Below, in pieces: positions 1 through 9,544 of a stretch of DNA of 64,000 nucleotides. Within the stretch, counting starts at the first letter, position 1, and the number at the start of each line of letters is the position of its first letter. A program made the position numbers and the translations under genes. The notes beneath the pieces are model-generated. The model made no database searches, had not been told where the DNA came from, and worked only from the letters and a program-made list of their open reading frames with translations. This DNA comes from a virus, in the IMG/VR virus record IMGVR_UViG_3300045946_000018, positions 1 through 64,000 of that record; one strand, written 5' to 3'.

Positions 1-99
1 CAAAGGATTATCTGAGTTGCCCTGGTTACTACTAAGCACCAACTGTGCCAAGCCACTAGTTGCACCGCCAAGCGCGACGCTTCCGCCCGTAATCGCCAC
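1..99. repeat. 99-bp exact direct repeat, copy 1 (copy 2 at 46806-46904)
   Basis: caaaggattatctgag...gtaatcgccac is identical at both positions; first mismatch at 100/46905. Confidence 0.97.
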
Positions 100-243
100 G
101 GCGTTGGCGTTCTGCGTGGCCATGGTGCCAAGCTCAAGATTGGTGCGCGCATTAGCCGCAGTTGTAGCACCAGTTCCTCCGTTACTAATAGCTAGCGGAA
201 TCGTGAGACTTGTATCTGCAGGCGGATATGTTGCCACACTCAT
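1..243 (-). CDS. Tail fibre N-terminal part (runs off the window start; continues at 46805-46074 on the circle)
   Basis: Hand translation MSVATYPPADTSLTIPLAISNGGTGATTAANARTNLELGTMATQNANAVAITGGSVALGG...; the GGTGATTA..AR.NL motif is typical of phage fibres. Confidence 0.8.
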   Translation of the reverse strand, partial: MSVATYPPADTSLTIPLAISNGGTGATTAANARTNLELGTMATQNANAVAITGGSVALGGATSGLAQLVLSSNQGNSDNPL

Positions 244-569
244 GTCCGTTCCTCTCCCCACCCAATAAACGTTACAGTCGCCGCGCCAGCATACACACGG
301 ATCTTATCTGTTGCAGCCAGCGTAATGCCGCCAGTAATAATCACCGTACTGTTGGCTGCGAGTGGTGCGTCGTAATAAATGTAGTGGCTATTCGCATCGG
401 CAACACCAGCAGGAGAATGTGCAAGCCTGAATGTTGTTGGCGTCGCACTGCGGTTGCACACGCTGATACTCGATACTATTACTTGCGTTGCAGCAGCAAC
501 GGTGTACGCATCAGTCAGCGTTGTTGCTGCGGGAGCACTTGCAAAAAGCTGTTTGTAGGCGCTGGGCAT
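240..569 (-). CDS. Small tail-fibre-associated beta-sandwich protein
   Basis: 109 aa, tightly packed between fibre genes. Confidence 0.65.
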   Translation of the reverse strand: MPSAYKQLFASAPAATTLTDAYTVAAATQVIVSSISVCNRSATPTTFRLAHSPAGVADANSHYIYYDAPLAANSTVIITGGITLAATDKIRVYAGAATVTFIGWGEERT

Positions 570-570
570 A

Positions 571-2025
571 TTATGCTCCCATCAATAAGAATGGAGAACC
601 AAACTCAGGCGGCGTCGTCCATGCACCCGTGCCATCTAAATACTGTGTACTAGTACCAGAAAGTTTAGGCAGAAAGCCGTGCTGCGTGATGCTCGCATTG
701 TCCGCAGTAAGATCGCTTAACTGAATATGTGTTTCAGTCACCGAGTTGCTAAGCAAACTTGCGGTAATCGACGGCGTAGCATCGTCGTACGTGAAATCTA
801 TCGTGGCACTATCCGTGAGTATGGTCCCTACAGCATCCTGCGCCTGTTCGTCCGTGTAGCCAGGGGGCACCGAGGCATTAGCTTTAATTTGTCCAGCAGT
901 AGTTCTATCCCATGTAACAGTAGCAGTATCAGTGAGTACTCTCTCAGCACTAAGAGTAGTATTAGCAATACTAGTGACGTACTCCGCATCTACAGGCGCG
1001 CTAGTAGGAATAATAGCATTCGCTTTTGCTTGCCCTACTGTAGCAAAATCCCACGTTACAGTACCAGTATTAGTAAGAACGCGTTCTGCAGTGAGGGTTG
1101 CATTAGCTGTGCTTGTAATATACTCTGCACCAATTGGTGTAAGTGTAGGAAATATAACATCAGCAGTAATTGAAGGAGTTGTATCATTATACGTAAAGTT
1201 TACCGTTGCACTATCTACCAGAATATTTCCTACTGCATCTTGTGCCTGCTCATCGGTATAACTGGTTCCTCCGGCTGGGGTACTCCACGCTCCAGTTCCG
1301 TCGAGATATTGTGCGGCACTATTTGGTGCTTTAGGTACGAATCCGTGTTTAGTAATACTTACATTTTGTGTAGTGACATCACTTAAGTTAAGCATTGGCT
1401 CGGTGATGCTATTGTCCTTAACTAGGCCCGTTACATAAGGAGTAGCATCATTGTACACGAAATCAATAGTTGCTGAATCCTGCAGGATATTGCCTACGGC
1501 GTCTTGTGCTTGCTCATCTGTGTAGCCTCCACCGCCACCGCCAGACCCAGCACCTTGGAACTGCACAATAGCAGGTGAAGCATTACTTATCATTCCAGCA
1601 CTACTTGTAACGAATGTTACACCTAGTTGATACCAGCTTGTATTGTTAGTCACAGAATCAATAGTATATCGTGCCCAGATTGTAGAATCGCTTTTCGATT
1701 GAAGATACAAACCATCACCAGCTTGAATTGCGCCAAGTACATTAGCTGCATCTAATCCACCATCTGTAGTAGTCGAGAATGCAAGCGCAGTGATTGACGC
1801 AAAAGTTGTAGCATTCATACAAAAGTTACCACTACCAGGATCAGCCATCGCAACGAGGTTGCGGAAGATCCATTCACCGGTTAATGTACCAGGACTCGAT
1901 ATAGTAAGAACGTTTGCAGCGTCATCATAATTAAGAGTGATATTAGCGCCAGCATCGAGCAGCACAGCTACACGATCATCAATCACCTCTGGTGATAAGG
2001 GCATTGGTTGTACGCTGATTTGCAT
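571..2025 (-). CDS. Tail fibre / adaptor with internal repeats (likely start MQISVQP at 2025)
   Basis: 3x YTDEQAQDAVG.IL.DS repeat and 2x AEY.TS.AN.TL.AERVLT repeat; N-terminus homologous to the ORF at 46074-48653. Confidence 0.8.
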   Translation of the reverse strand: MQISVQPMPLSPEVIDDRVAVLLDAGANITLNYDDAANVLTISSPGTLTGEWIFRNLVAMADPGSGNFCMNATTFASITALAFSTTTDGGLDAANVLGAIQAGDGLYLQSKSDSTIWARYTIDSVTNNTSWYQLGVTFVTSSAGMISNASPAIVQFQGAGSGGGGGGYTDEQAQDAVGNILQDSATIDFVYNDATPYVTGLVKDNSITEPMLNLSDVTTQNVSITKHGFVPKAPNSAAQYLDGTGAWSTPAGGTSYTDEQAQDAVGNILVDSATVNFTYNDTTPSITADVIFPTLTPIGAEYITSTANATLTAERVLTNTGTVTWDFATVGQAKANAIIPTSAPVDAEYVTSIANTTLSAERVLTDTATVTWDRTTAGQIKANASVPPGYTDEQAQDAVGTILTDSATIDFTYDDATPSITASLLSNSVTETHIQLSDLTADNASITQHGFLPKLSGTSTQYLDGTGAWTTPPEFGSPFLLMGA

Positions 2026-2038
2026 AGTAAATCCTTTA

Positions 2039-2911
2039 CTAAATGAAGCTCGCACCAAGTCCAAGAACTGCACCGATAGCAGTACCATATCCAGGAGCAA
2101 TTGCACTACCAGCAGCAGCACCACTAAGTGCGCCACTTATTGCACTCATTGCTTGTGACGGACGATTCTTTTGGTTTGCTGCTGCGGCACCATTAAGCGC
2201 ACCTAACATCGCACGAGGTTCATCAAATAAGTCCATATTCCAGAGGCGATCTTTAGCTAGATATTCCATCTGCCTATTATCAACGTCCAAACGAGTGGCA
2301 TAATAAAGTTTAGTCATTTCCATGTACGTACCAATAACAGCCTTATCCCAATCGAGATGACTTCGCCACAATTGACCGCTCAATTCAACCGCGCTTAATC
2401 GCAGGCGTGTCTGGAATTCGTTGATTGAACGCGTGTAGCCGTCGGCAATAATTGCCTTGCCAATGACGAAAGTGGTGCTTTGCACCGCGTTAATATCCCT
2501 CATACCTGCCAGGAACGAAGGTAAAACCTTTGTATTAATCTCATTTTGCACCAGCTCACTCTGAGCTGTGACTGCAGCTGCAATTTCAGGACCATGAATA
2601 ACGTCTTCATACACGTCACCCCAGAGCGTGTGTACATCAAGTCCAGCCATGAACTTACCAAACATATCGTACAAAGAAGGAAAGTTTCGTACTTCATATG
2701 TTGTAGTATCATTACCAGGTACGCGTCCAAAAAAAGCATCGTCGATATCGTACGTTTCGTACTCTTTATATGGAGACTTATCGAACAAGTCGTTAAGTAC
2801 GCGAAATACTCCACGCTGCGGAACTACGCCACCTGATTCGTCGAGAATACGCTTATGAGCTTGCTCAATGTGAGGCGCATAACGTATAGTTTGAGTACCA
2901 CCACCACCCAT
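2039..2911 (-). CDS. Putative ejection/DNA-transfer (pilot) protein
   Basis: MGGGG N-terminus and a Gly/Ala-rich hydrophobic C-terminus; ortholog at 48681-49559. Confidence 0.6.
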   Translation of the reverse strand: MGGGGTQTIRYAPHIEQAHKRILDESGGVVPQRGVFRVLNDLFDKSPYKEYETYDIDDAFFGRVPGNDTTTYEVRNFPSLYDMFGKFMAGLDVHTLWGDVYEDVIHGPEIAAAVTAQSELVQNEINTKVLPSFLAGMRDINAVQSTTFVIGKAIIADGYTRSINEFQTRLRLSAVELSGQLWRSHLDWDKAVIGTYMEMTKLYYATRLDVDNRQMEYLAKDRLWNMDLFDEPRAMLGALNGAAAANQKNRPSQAMSAISGALSGAAAGSAIAPGYGTAIGAVLGLGASFI

Positions 2912-2924
2912 AATTTACTCCTAT

Positions 2925-3143
2925 CAGTCCTCGCAAGATTTGTCCCTGCAGGGGCTAGGGATTATGATGCTGCACTGCGCTGCTTGTCAAGGATGCCCTT
3001 CGGGCGGAGGCTTCCTTGACAACCTGCTCGCTTGCAAAAGACAAAGGCGCCCCTGCCGGGAAAAATCTTGGGGCGGCCTGTAGCACGGTTGTGGCAAGCG
3101 GGTTCGCGTTGCTCACATCGGTGCTTTGGTTAATTCTTAACCA
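2925..3143 (-). repeat. Rod-hairpin promoter-mimic element E1 plus 17-bp palindrome
   Basis: Stems caagattt.tccc.gcaggggc/gcccctgc.ggga.aaatcttg and ttgtcaagga/tccttgacaa; TTGACA-18-CATAAT on the minus strand; palindrome at 3127-3143. Confidence 0.85.
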
Positions 3144-3577
3144 CAAGAAAGCAAATACTCCATCTTGCCAGCTTTGAATCCAACCAGCTCTAGCAAGCGT
3201 GCTGCACGCGGATTGCCTGTCAGTGCATGTATCCGCTCGCACCGTACAGTACATGCATACTCTCGCATGCTAGCTGTTGCATCACGCGCCAGCTCATCCG
3301 TCATTGTCTGGAAGCTGTAGAATGCGTCCACATGCAGTGATCGCACGTCAGTTAGGTTGTCCTCTACTATGCACGTGATTCCCATTGCGTACAGTTCCCG
3401 CTCGTCATCCATAATGAGCCAGGCTTGATGCGTGCTATTAAGCAGCGATATAAACAAGTTATTACTGTACTCACTCGTATTCGGGTCGAGTGGATCTAAT
3501 TCCATGGCAGCGATTGCCGCCGGCTTAATCTTGGCCCAGTACTCGCTCACCTGGTCTGGTTGAAGTTGTAGAATCAT
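3137..3577 (-). CDS. GNAT-fold-like virion assembly protein
   Basis: 146 aa with a C-terminal ...NPRAARLLELVGF pattern; position typical of podovirus tail modules; ortholog at 49559-49990. Confidence 0.55.
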   Translation of the reverse strand: MILQLQPDQVSEYWAKIKPAAIAAMELDPLDPNTSEYSNNLFISLLNSTHQAWLIMDDERELYAMGITCIVEDNLTDVRSLHVDAFYSFQTMTDELARDATASMREYACTVRCERIHALTGNPRAARLLELVGFKAGKMEYLLSCG

Positions 3578-4688
3578 GACTTACGCTCCCAGCAAAAGCG
3601 CTGATAGCAAGATTGCCTACGTAGGCACTCCTGCTAAAGCGCTGATCCGTAGTCTTGAAACTGATATTAATGTAGTCGACGTCGAGTCTAGCAACTCTAC
3701 GAGCACGCACTTTGATGCGAAAGTCAATGCCTGCACATGCAAGATAAGCAATTCCTTCAATGTTAAGACGTACCCAACGAGTAGATCTGAATGGCTGCTT
3801 TAGATCATAGCGGTAATCATAGGCTATTTCTAGCCACTCTGGAACATCAGTGCCTACCTGAATGTTAGTTAATGTTTTTTGCGAACGCCGACCGAAGTCA
3901 AGAATATCCGTGGTAAGTGAGAGTGGCTCATACTCAATTAGCTGCGGGGAGCTAACGAGTAGTGAACCACTCTCGTACACGTACCCGCTCAGCTTAGAGT
4001 AACCGTCACCCATACGGTCCTCTGCCAGTGTGAACCCGTGCTCACTGTCGCTGATAAGTACGTGCTTTATATACTCGTCATAGAACAGCACTGGATTAAT
4101 AAGTACTTTAAGATGCTCGCTGAAGTCCAGGTACGTTGCACCCTCAGGCGTTAGTTTCCATAATTGGTACTTTGCATCAATAAAGTAATGAATGAATTCT
4201 GTTCCACACACGGCGTCTTTAGATAGTAATCCTGTATATGCTAGATCACGAAAAGAGAATGTTGGTGCTGGACTTGAGACCGGCGACATAAGTGTAATGC
4301 CATTACTGCCATAAATCACGGCGCCGCGGCCTAGTTGTTTAATGGCAAGTACATCACCACGCCAATTCATTGGCCTGTATCCGGCATCGTTAACAGTATC
4401 TAGAACAAAGCTCGCTTCACCTATCTTACTCCAACCAACCCAGTTTCTACGAGAAGATTCAATTAATGCTTCGGCGCGCAACACTAAATTAAGGCTGATT
4501 ACATTGCCGCGTGCGACAGCGCCTTGAGGTATATAGCTGCCAATACGCAGTGATAGAACAATACGTGTCAGTTCTACTGGAATTGTTGCAGAAAGCGAGT
4601 GTCCGTCAAGGCGTGGCTCGAGCCTTATAGCGCCATCTTGATACAAGCATTCGAAAGTAACATTTAGTGCTGGATCAGCTACGCTCAT
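3525..4688 (-). CDS. Tail nozzle/stabilisation-like protein
   Basis: 387 aa, beta-rich; RRNWVGWSKIG conserved with 49926-51092; synteny. Confidence 0.55.
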   Translation of the reverse strand: MSVADPALNVTFECLYQDGAIRLEPRLDGHSLSATIPVELTRIVLSLRIGSYIPQGAVARGNVISLNLVLRAEALIESSRRNWVGWSKIGEASFVLDTVNDAGYRPMNWRGDVLAIKQLGRGAVIYGSNGITLMSPVSSPAPTFSFRDLAYTGLLSKDAVCGTEFIHYFIDAKYQLWKLTPEGATYLDFSEHLKVLINPVLFYDEYIKHVLISDSEHGFTLAEDRMGDGYSKLSGYVYESGSLLVSSPQLIEYEPLSLTTDILDFGRRSQKTLTNIQVGTDVPEWLEIAYDYRYDLKQPFRSTRWVRLNIEGIAYLACAGIDFRIKVRARRVARLDVDYINISFKTTDQRFSRSAYVGNLAISAFAGSVSHDSTTSTRPGERVLGQD

Positions 4689-5104
4689 AGTTCTACCAGT
4701 GGATTAGCTATAGTAAACGTACCGCTGTCATATGTAACGAGTGCGGCACCGAAGTCAATAAATCCTACCGTTGGCTTGCTTGCTAAAGTGTCGTCCAAGA
4801 TTATAGCACCTTGAGCAGTAATATCGCCGCCGGTTGCAAGCCAGCTAGGATTATTCCAAGTAGCGACTGTTACGTTAGCACCATCGTCGCGAGTCACCGT
4901 GCCGCCTGCAAGCGTTTGACCACCAGCTGTATAACCACTACCTGTTGTTAGTTCGTCTGCAGTCACATCAGCATACGTGTTATGTGTTGCACGGTTGAAA
5001 ACATAACCGGCTTTCATGAGTATTATCTTGAACACGTCTGCACCAAAGTCGATCCCCGCAGTCATCAATAAATACTTACAGTTATTAGATGGAAGTGTCG
5101 CCAT
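4685..5104 (-). CDS. Virion structural protein (likely start MATLPSN at 5104)
   Basis: ELTTG.GYTAGGQTL motif; ortholog at 51124-51552; AAGGAG RBS. Confidence 0.7.
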   Translation of the reverse strand: MATLPSNNCKYLLMTAGIDFGADVFKIILMKAGYVFNRATHNTYADVTADELTTGSGYTAGGQTLAGGTVTRDDGANVTVATWNNPSWLATGGDITAQGAIILDDTLASKPTVGFIDFGAALVTYDSGTFTIANPLVEL

Positions 5105-5105
5105 A

Positions 5106-6269
5106 TTATAGCTTAGCTCCTTGAGAAGTAAATGGCCAGCGGGGGTCATCCCCGAGATTTAGTGTTTCTTCAAATGTTTCGTAATAGTCAAGTGGTGTTT
5201 GAATCTCAATCCAACGCTCGCCTAAATTACGTGATAGCAGAATAGAAACAATATTACCTTCTGAGCCATCGACCCGAAGTTTAGCTTGTGAGTACACAGC
5301 TATCTGGCCGGCGTTGTGAAGTGTCGCGCGATCAAGAGAAGTACCAAATTGAGTTATTTCATTCCACACTATTGTCGCATTCTCATAGTTATCCGTGCGA
5401 TAATCCGTTAATTCTGCAAGATTGTAGAAGAGCGTGTCAGTTGCAGCAAATATAACACTTGGCTCTTGAAGCACGCGCGCCGTGAAGCTAGTACAATCAT
5501 TCGTACTGTAATAGAACTGCGAGCCCGCAGCCACAAAGAAGCGTCCAGTGTCTACGTGAAATCGAAGACCTGTAGGATTACCTACAAGAGCCGTTGTTGA
5601 TTTGAGTGTGTAGGTAGGCCCTGCATAAACACGTAATTGATTAGCTGGACCATCGAGAATCGCTACGTACGTAATACTGTCAGTTGGATTTATTACTACC
5701 GCCGCGTCCGTAACGGGGGGCGTGAGTGTGAATGCTAACGAATAGTTAACACCGTAGTCAGTTGAGCGCTGCAATTGCCATGCGGTGGCAGTGCGTATAA
5801 TACATGAGACGATACCGCTAGCAGTTACCGCAATCTTATTGCGACCGTGCAATTCAATAGTGCTGGGCCAATCCTTAATATTTGAGTTTACATACGTGCG
5901 CATGCGTGGATTCGAGGTGATTTCCTGGAATTGTTCACCGGAAATATCGTACGCGTAATTGTGAAAGGCTGATACATTGCCTGCAAGTGCAGCTCCACCA
6001 TCCCAGTTAGAATGAAGTACGTCATCTTGGAACAGTAATGTTCCCCAGGTGTTTTGTGGTATCTGATAATTAAGCATATAGATTTCGTTAGGTCGATGCC
6101 TGCCGCATATCACGTACAATGCACGCGTGCCATCTGTAGCAATAGTTGGCTCCCAGCAATTAGCAGCAAATGATTCTTCGAGTCGAGCAGTATTACCCCC
6201 ACCCTTATGCCAATGGCCGCAAGGATCGTGAGCACGAAGTTGTGGCAGTGGAGGATAAATACTAAGCAT
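5106..6269 (-). CDS. BNR/Asp-box beta-propeller protein (likely start MLSIYPP at 6269)
   Basis: STDYG, STND and SRNLG Asp-box motifs; AGGAG RBS; homologous to the C-terminal half of 51591-54146. Confidence 0.7.
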   Translation of the reverse strand: MLSIYPPLPQLRAHDPCGHWHKGGGNTARLEESFAANCWEPTIATDGTRALYVICGRHRPNEIYMLNYQIPQNTWGTLLFQDDVLHSNWDGGAALAGNVSAFHNYAYDISGEQFQEITSNPRMRTYVNSNIKDWPSTIELHGRNKIAVTASGIVSCIIRTATAWQLQRSTDYGVNYSLAFTLTPPVTDAAVVINPTDSITYVAILDGPANQLRVYAGPTYTLKSTTALVGNPTGLRFHVDTGRFFVAAGSQFYYSTNDCTSFTARVLQEPSVIFAATDTLFYNLAELTDYRTDNYENATIVWNEITQFGTSLDRATLHNAGQIAVYSQAKLRVDGSEGNIVSILLSRNLGERWIEIQTPLDYYETFEETLNLGDDPRWPFTSQGAKL

Positions 6270-7605
6270 GAGTAAGTACTCCTGGTATTGCTGGTGTTCC
6301 ATCGTCCAGTGTTGCGAATGGTGAACATTCTACAGGAAAATAAGAATCAACAGTTGGAGCACTTTGAAACTCACCTATACCGAGCAATCCGTACACGTTG
6401 CTGCCCCACGTAAACATCCTTCCTTGATTATCGAGTGCCATATGACTCCAGTTGTTTATTCCTACTTTAATCCAGTTTCCATCACCCTCATTTTGAGCAG
6501 CGGTTATAACAGGAATTGTAGGATCTCTTATATCATTGCCAGTCGAATTAGATATCAGATATGCTTGATTTCCCCAGGCCCAAATATTGCCCGCATTATC
6601 TACTGCAGCAGCACCTGTTTCACTAACATCAATATGCACAAAGATTCTGCTAACAGGACACAGCACAAAATTAGCTGAGTCAGCTGTAGGGGGTGAGGCA
6701 AATCCTATTCTATCTCCCTGTGCGTACAACTGACCATTAGATAGCAACACTACAATACCAGATGGTGAGCACTTAATATCCGTAATAGAGACACCAGCTG
6801 GCAAGCTAAGTGGCCGCAGTGTTGGTACGGCTTCTGGATAGTGCGAATTCCACCAGTTACCCCATGTGTAAATTTGGTTACTCTCGGTCACCACGGCATT
6901 TACACTATAGTGTGCACTAATTAACTTTATTGGTCCAGGTACCCAAGTCACCTGTATTGGTGTTCTAGATACATAATCTTCTGCATATCCAGCATCACCA
7001 TATGTCAGCGCATCTAGATTCTTACCCCAAATCCACAGTGTACCATCAGCTTTCAAACCAAGCATGTGATATTGACCTGCTGCAAAGTCCTTCCATACTA
7101 CGTTATTTATAAGCTGCGGCACGATTGCCTGCTCACCGCCAGGAATAAACGGATTACTTGGAGGCCTGCCTGAACCACTGTACTGCGATGCAAGTGCCCA
7201 CCCACCACGCCCAAAAGTATCGTCTTCTCCCCAAGCGTATAAATATCCGTCAGCATCGAGTGCTACATAAATATACTCAAGATGGTCGCATTTCATCCAG
7301 TTATTTTTAGTACCTACCTGATAAGGGTATACCATTGCTTGATAACCATCACTATGACGGTACGTTGCCTCATGCCTAAAGTAATTGGGACCGCTATCTA
7401 TAAGCACCGGAGTCTGTCCGCCATATTGCCAGCTAGAACTTCCCCATGTGTATAAGCGGCCACGATTGTCTATTGCCATATGCGTATCAAGACCAGCACT
7501 GATGTCTACAAAGCGAAATGGTAATTCTCCTGGTCCTGGACAGTTACCATTGTACAGCATTGTCCATCCAGACTTGCGGCCAGAAGGTGAGGTTACGGTT
7601 GTCAT
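6262..7605 (-). CDS. RCC1/BLIP-II-like repeat protein (likely start at 7605)
   Basis: Repeated H..A.D..G.LY.WG motifs and WGSNVYGLLG. Confidence 0.85.
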   Translation of the reverse strand: MTTVTSPSGRKSGWTMLYNGNCPGPGELPFRFVDISAGLDTHMAIDNRGRLYTWGSSSWQYGGQTPVLIDSGPNYFRHEATYRHSDGYQAMVYPYQVGTKNNWMKCDHLEYIYVALDADGYLYAWGEDDTFGRGGWALASQYSGSGRPPSNPFIPGGEQAIVPQLINNVVWKDFAAGQYHMLGLKADGTLWIWGKNLDALTYGDAGYAEDYVSRTPIQVTWVPGPIKLISAHYSVNAVVTESNQIYTWGNWWNSHYPEAVPTLRPLSLPAGVSITDIKCSPSGIVVLLSNGQLYAQGDRIGFASPPTADSANFVLCPVSRIFVHIDVSETGAAAVDNAGNIWAWGNQAYLISNSTGNDIRDPTIPVITAAQNEGDGNWIKVGINNWSHMALDNQGRMFTWGSNVYGLLGIGEFQSAPTVDSYFPVECSPFATLDDGTPAIPGVLTHA

Positions 7606-8063
7606 AGAATACCTCCAACGATCAACTGAGAGTTGATCTCGCATACACACAAGCACGGAGGTATCTTGCAATCAAGGTACTCAGCAAATATTCCTGTTTG
7701 CGGATCGCGCACAATAATGGCTGCACCATTAGAGAGAACTATATACTCACCAAAATCCGCATGACTCCACGTGTCACCTGCAACAGTATTGCACAGCAAA
7801 TCGAGTACGCCGGCCTTATACTCGTATATTGCTGTGCGATCACACACGAGAGTCATGCGGCGTAGGTGAAATAGCTGCGGGAATGGCCACTGAGCATTGA
7901 GAACGCTGATAGGATCAGGCAGAGCACGAAGCGTGCTAATTACATCGTCGTAAGGAATCGCACCGCGCAACGCCGCAAGGAATTGTGAATTGCGTGGATT
8001 ACGCTCGTTAGGGCGAAGTCCTTTCGCCAGGCCTTCTTTGTAGGTTACTGTATATTCACGCAT
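7602..8063 (-). CDS. Conserved tail protein (possibly the N-terminal part of a nozzle-type protein)
   Basis: 153 aa; ortholog at 54195-54692 (GLA.GLR..E.NPRN). Confidence 0.55.
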   Translation of the reverse strand: MREYTVTYKEGLAKGLRPNERNPRNSQFLAALRGAIPYDDVISTLRALPDPISVLNAQWPFPQLFHLRRMTLVCDRTAIYEYKAGVLDLLCNTVAGDTWSHADFGEYIVLSNGAAIIVRDPQTGIFAEYLDCKIPPCLCVCEINSQLIVGGIL

Positions 8064-8398
8064 TATTTACGCATCCTTATCTGCTTGCGTGCGAGCGGCG
8101 CGGCTTCTTTAAGCAATTGCTCTAGGTCAATTCCAGGAGCTTTCAATTCGAGGCCCTCAATAACCCGTGCAACTACATCCTTGTGCGCGACGAGATCCTT
8201 ATTCTGCTCATAGAAGCGATCGGTTAAGTCACGTAGCATAATAGTACTCTTCACTAAGTTGCGAATGACGCCTGGTAAAATTCGCAACATCTCTTCTACC
8301 GACTTGTAGACTAATAAACACGCCATTTCATGAGCAAATTCATAATCGTGATTACGTTCTGCCCATTTATTGAAGTCGTCTCTTGTAAAGATTTCCAT
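8063..8398 (-). CDS. Hypothetical protein
   Basis: Ortholog at 54689-55027 (FYEQ.KDLV.HK). Confidence 0.75.
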   Translation of the reverse strand: MEIFTRDDFNKWAERNHDYEFAHEMACLLVYKSVEEMLRILPGVIRNLVKSTIMLRDLTDRFYEQNKDLVAHKDVVARVIEGLELKAPGIDLEQLLKEAAPLARKQIRMRK

Positions 8399-8399
8399 A

Positions 8400-8576
8400 T
8401 CAGCTCATCTTATTACGCTTTTTGCGGCGCGCAACGAAGTCTTCGTCATGCTCTATAGCATTCAGTAAACGCACCTGAGCCTTGGCCTTTTTCTTAGATG
8501 TACCCTTAGCACGAACACCACTTGGTGAGCTAACCTCATACTTATCGCCATCCTTTTTACGTATTTTGTAAGGCAT
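8400..8576 (-). CDS. Small basic protein (58 aa, absent from the ORF track)
   Basis: MPYKIRKKDGDKYEVSSPSGVRAKGTSKKKAKAQVRLL...; ortholog at 55052-55228; GAGGA RBS. Confidence 0.8.
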   Translation of the reverse strand: MPYKIRKKDGDKYEVSSPSGVRAKGTSKKKAKAQVRLLNAIEHDEDFVARRKKRNKMS

Positions 8577-8599
8577 TATAATTATTCCTCATGTAAACG

Positions 8600-8811
8600 C
8601 CAGCAGTCATTTATCCTGCGGAGGCAAGAGAGCCTAATCGCTTAATTGCTTCACTGTCAAGGGACGCTTCGCTGGGGACCCCTTGACAGCTCGCAAGTCG
8701 CGATTTGTCTCAAGATGCCTCCTACGGAGAAATGCCTGGGGCGGCTGGAAGCAGCAGAGACGTAGCCACAAGGGCGCCTCGTTGGGCGCAGCTGTGGTCA
8801 AACTTTAACCA
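8600..8811 (-). repeat. Rod-hairpin element E2 plus palindrome
   Basis: cattt.tcc..ggaggca/tgcctcc..gga.aaatg; ctgtcaaggg/cccttgacag; TTGACA-18-TAGGCT (minus strand); palindrome at 8795-8811. Confidence 0.85.
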
Positions 8812-8821
8812 TAGCCACATT

Positions 8822-9517
8822 CTATCCCTCCATTTGCTTTATAGGAAGTGATAATTGCTCGACGTAATCGTACTCTAGTCCAAGCATTTCACTACGTATA
8901 GCTGTTTCCCAATCGGCCACGCCATCACGGTTACGCTGAGCTACTTCCATTGCACGCATAGCCGCGAGCACCAGCACCCAGGGATGCTGTGTGCTCCAGA
9001 AGTTGTAGTCAGTGTCATTTACCAGCGGCGACTGGTAGAAGTAACCAACAACTTGTAATTGCGTCTGCTCACTGAAGGCCGTGTTGAATACTATAGCATT
9101 GTAAGGAAAGTTGTCCTCCATAACGATAGTATTCGGCGGCACCGTGGATTGCCCCGCAATCTCAGGCTGAGTGCGAATTGCACACGGCGCGTAAAGGTAC
9201 GGACAACCTGGCTCTTGTGTACGATGCATACGCTCAAGCGAGAGAGGTTTGAGCTTCACGACTACGCCACTTAAGTTAGTTGCCCGTACCTCACGTATAA
9301 CTCTGCACTCAGGTATAAGTAAGTACCAATTACCGGCGGCAAGGGTAGCATAATAGTTTGCGGTGGACTTAAGTACTTCGAATGTCCGGTCTAGCCACCG
9401 CTGGCCGCTAAGTATAAAGAAATCCGCACCAGAGTCCTGGTACGATTCGGTATCCGTGATCAAATCGTAGCGGCCACTCAGCTCAATAAATTTGGTGCGT
9501 ATTTCTAGAAGAGTCAT
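8822..9517 (-). CDS. Head-tail adaptor / tail tubular protein A-like
   Basis: Directly after the capsid gene; MTLLEIR N-terminus; ortholog at 55661-56392. Confidence 0.65.
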   Translation of the reverse strand: MTLLEIRTKFIELSGRYDLITDTESYQDSGADFFILSGQRWLDRTFEVLKSTANYYATLAAGNWYLLIPECRVIREVRATNLSGVVVKLKPLSLERMHRTQEPGCPYLYAPCAIRTQPEIAGQSTVPPNTIVMEDNFPYNAIVFNTAFSEQTQLQVVGYFYQSPLVNDTDYNFWSTQHPWVLVLAAMRAMEVAQRNRDGVADWETAIRSEMLGLEYDYVEQLSLPIKQMEG

Positions 9518-9544
9518 AACGGTCCTATGGTTAGATTTTAACCA

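Noticed and set aside
2955-3254. Short ORFs overlapping the rod elements (2955-3254, 11991-12320, 20787-21015, 28098-28301, 34239-34448, 39978-40160, 41771-41968, 55304-55528)
   Set aside because: No convincing RBS, inconsistent frames and strands between element copies, and no orthologs in the other phage. They are by-products of GC-rich hairpins.
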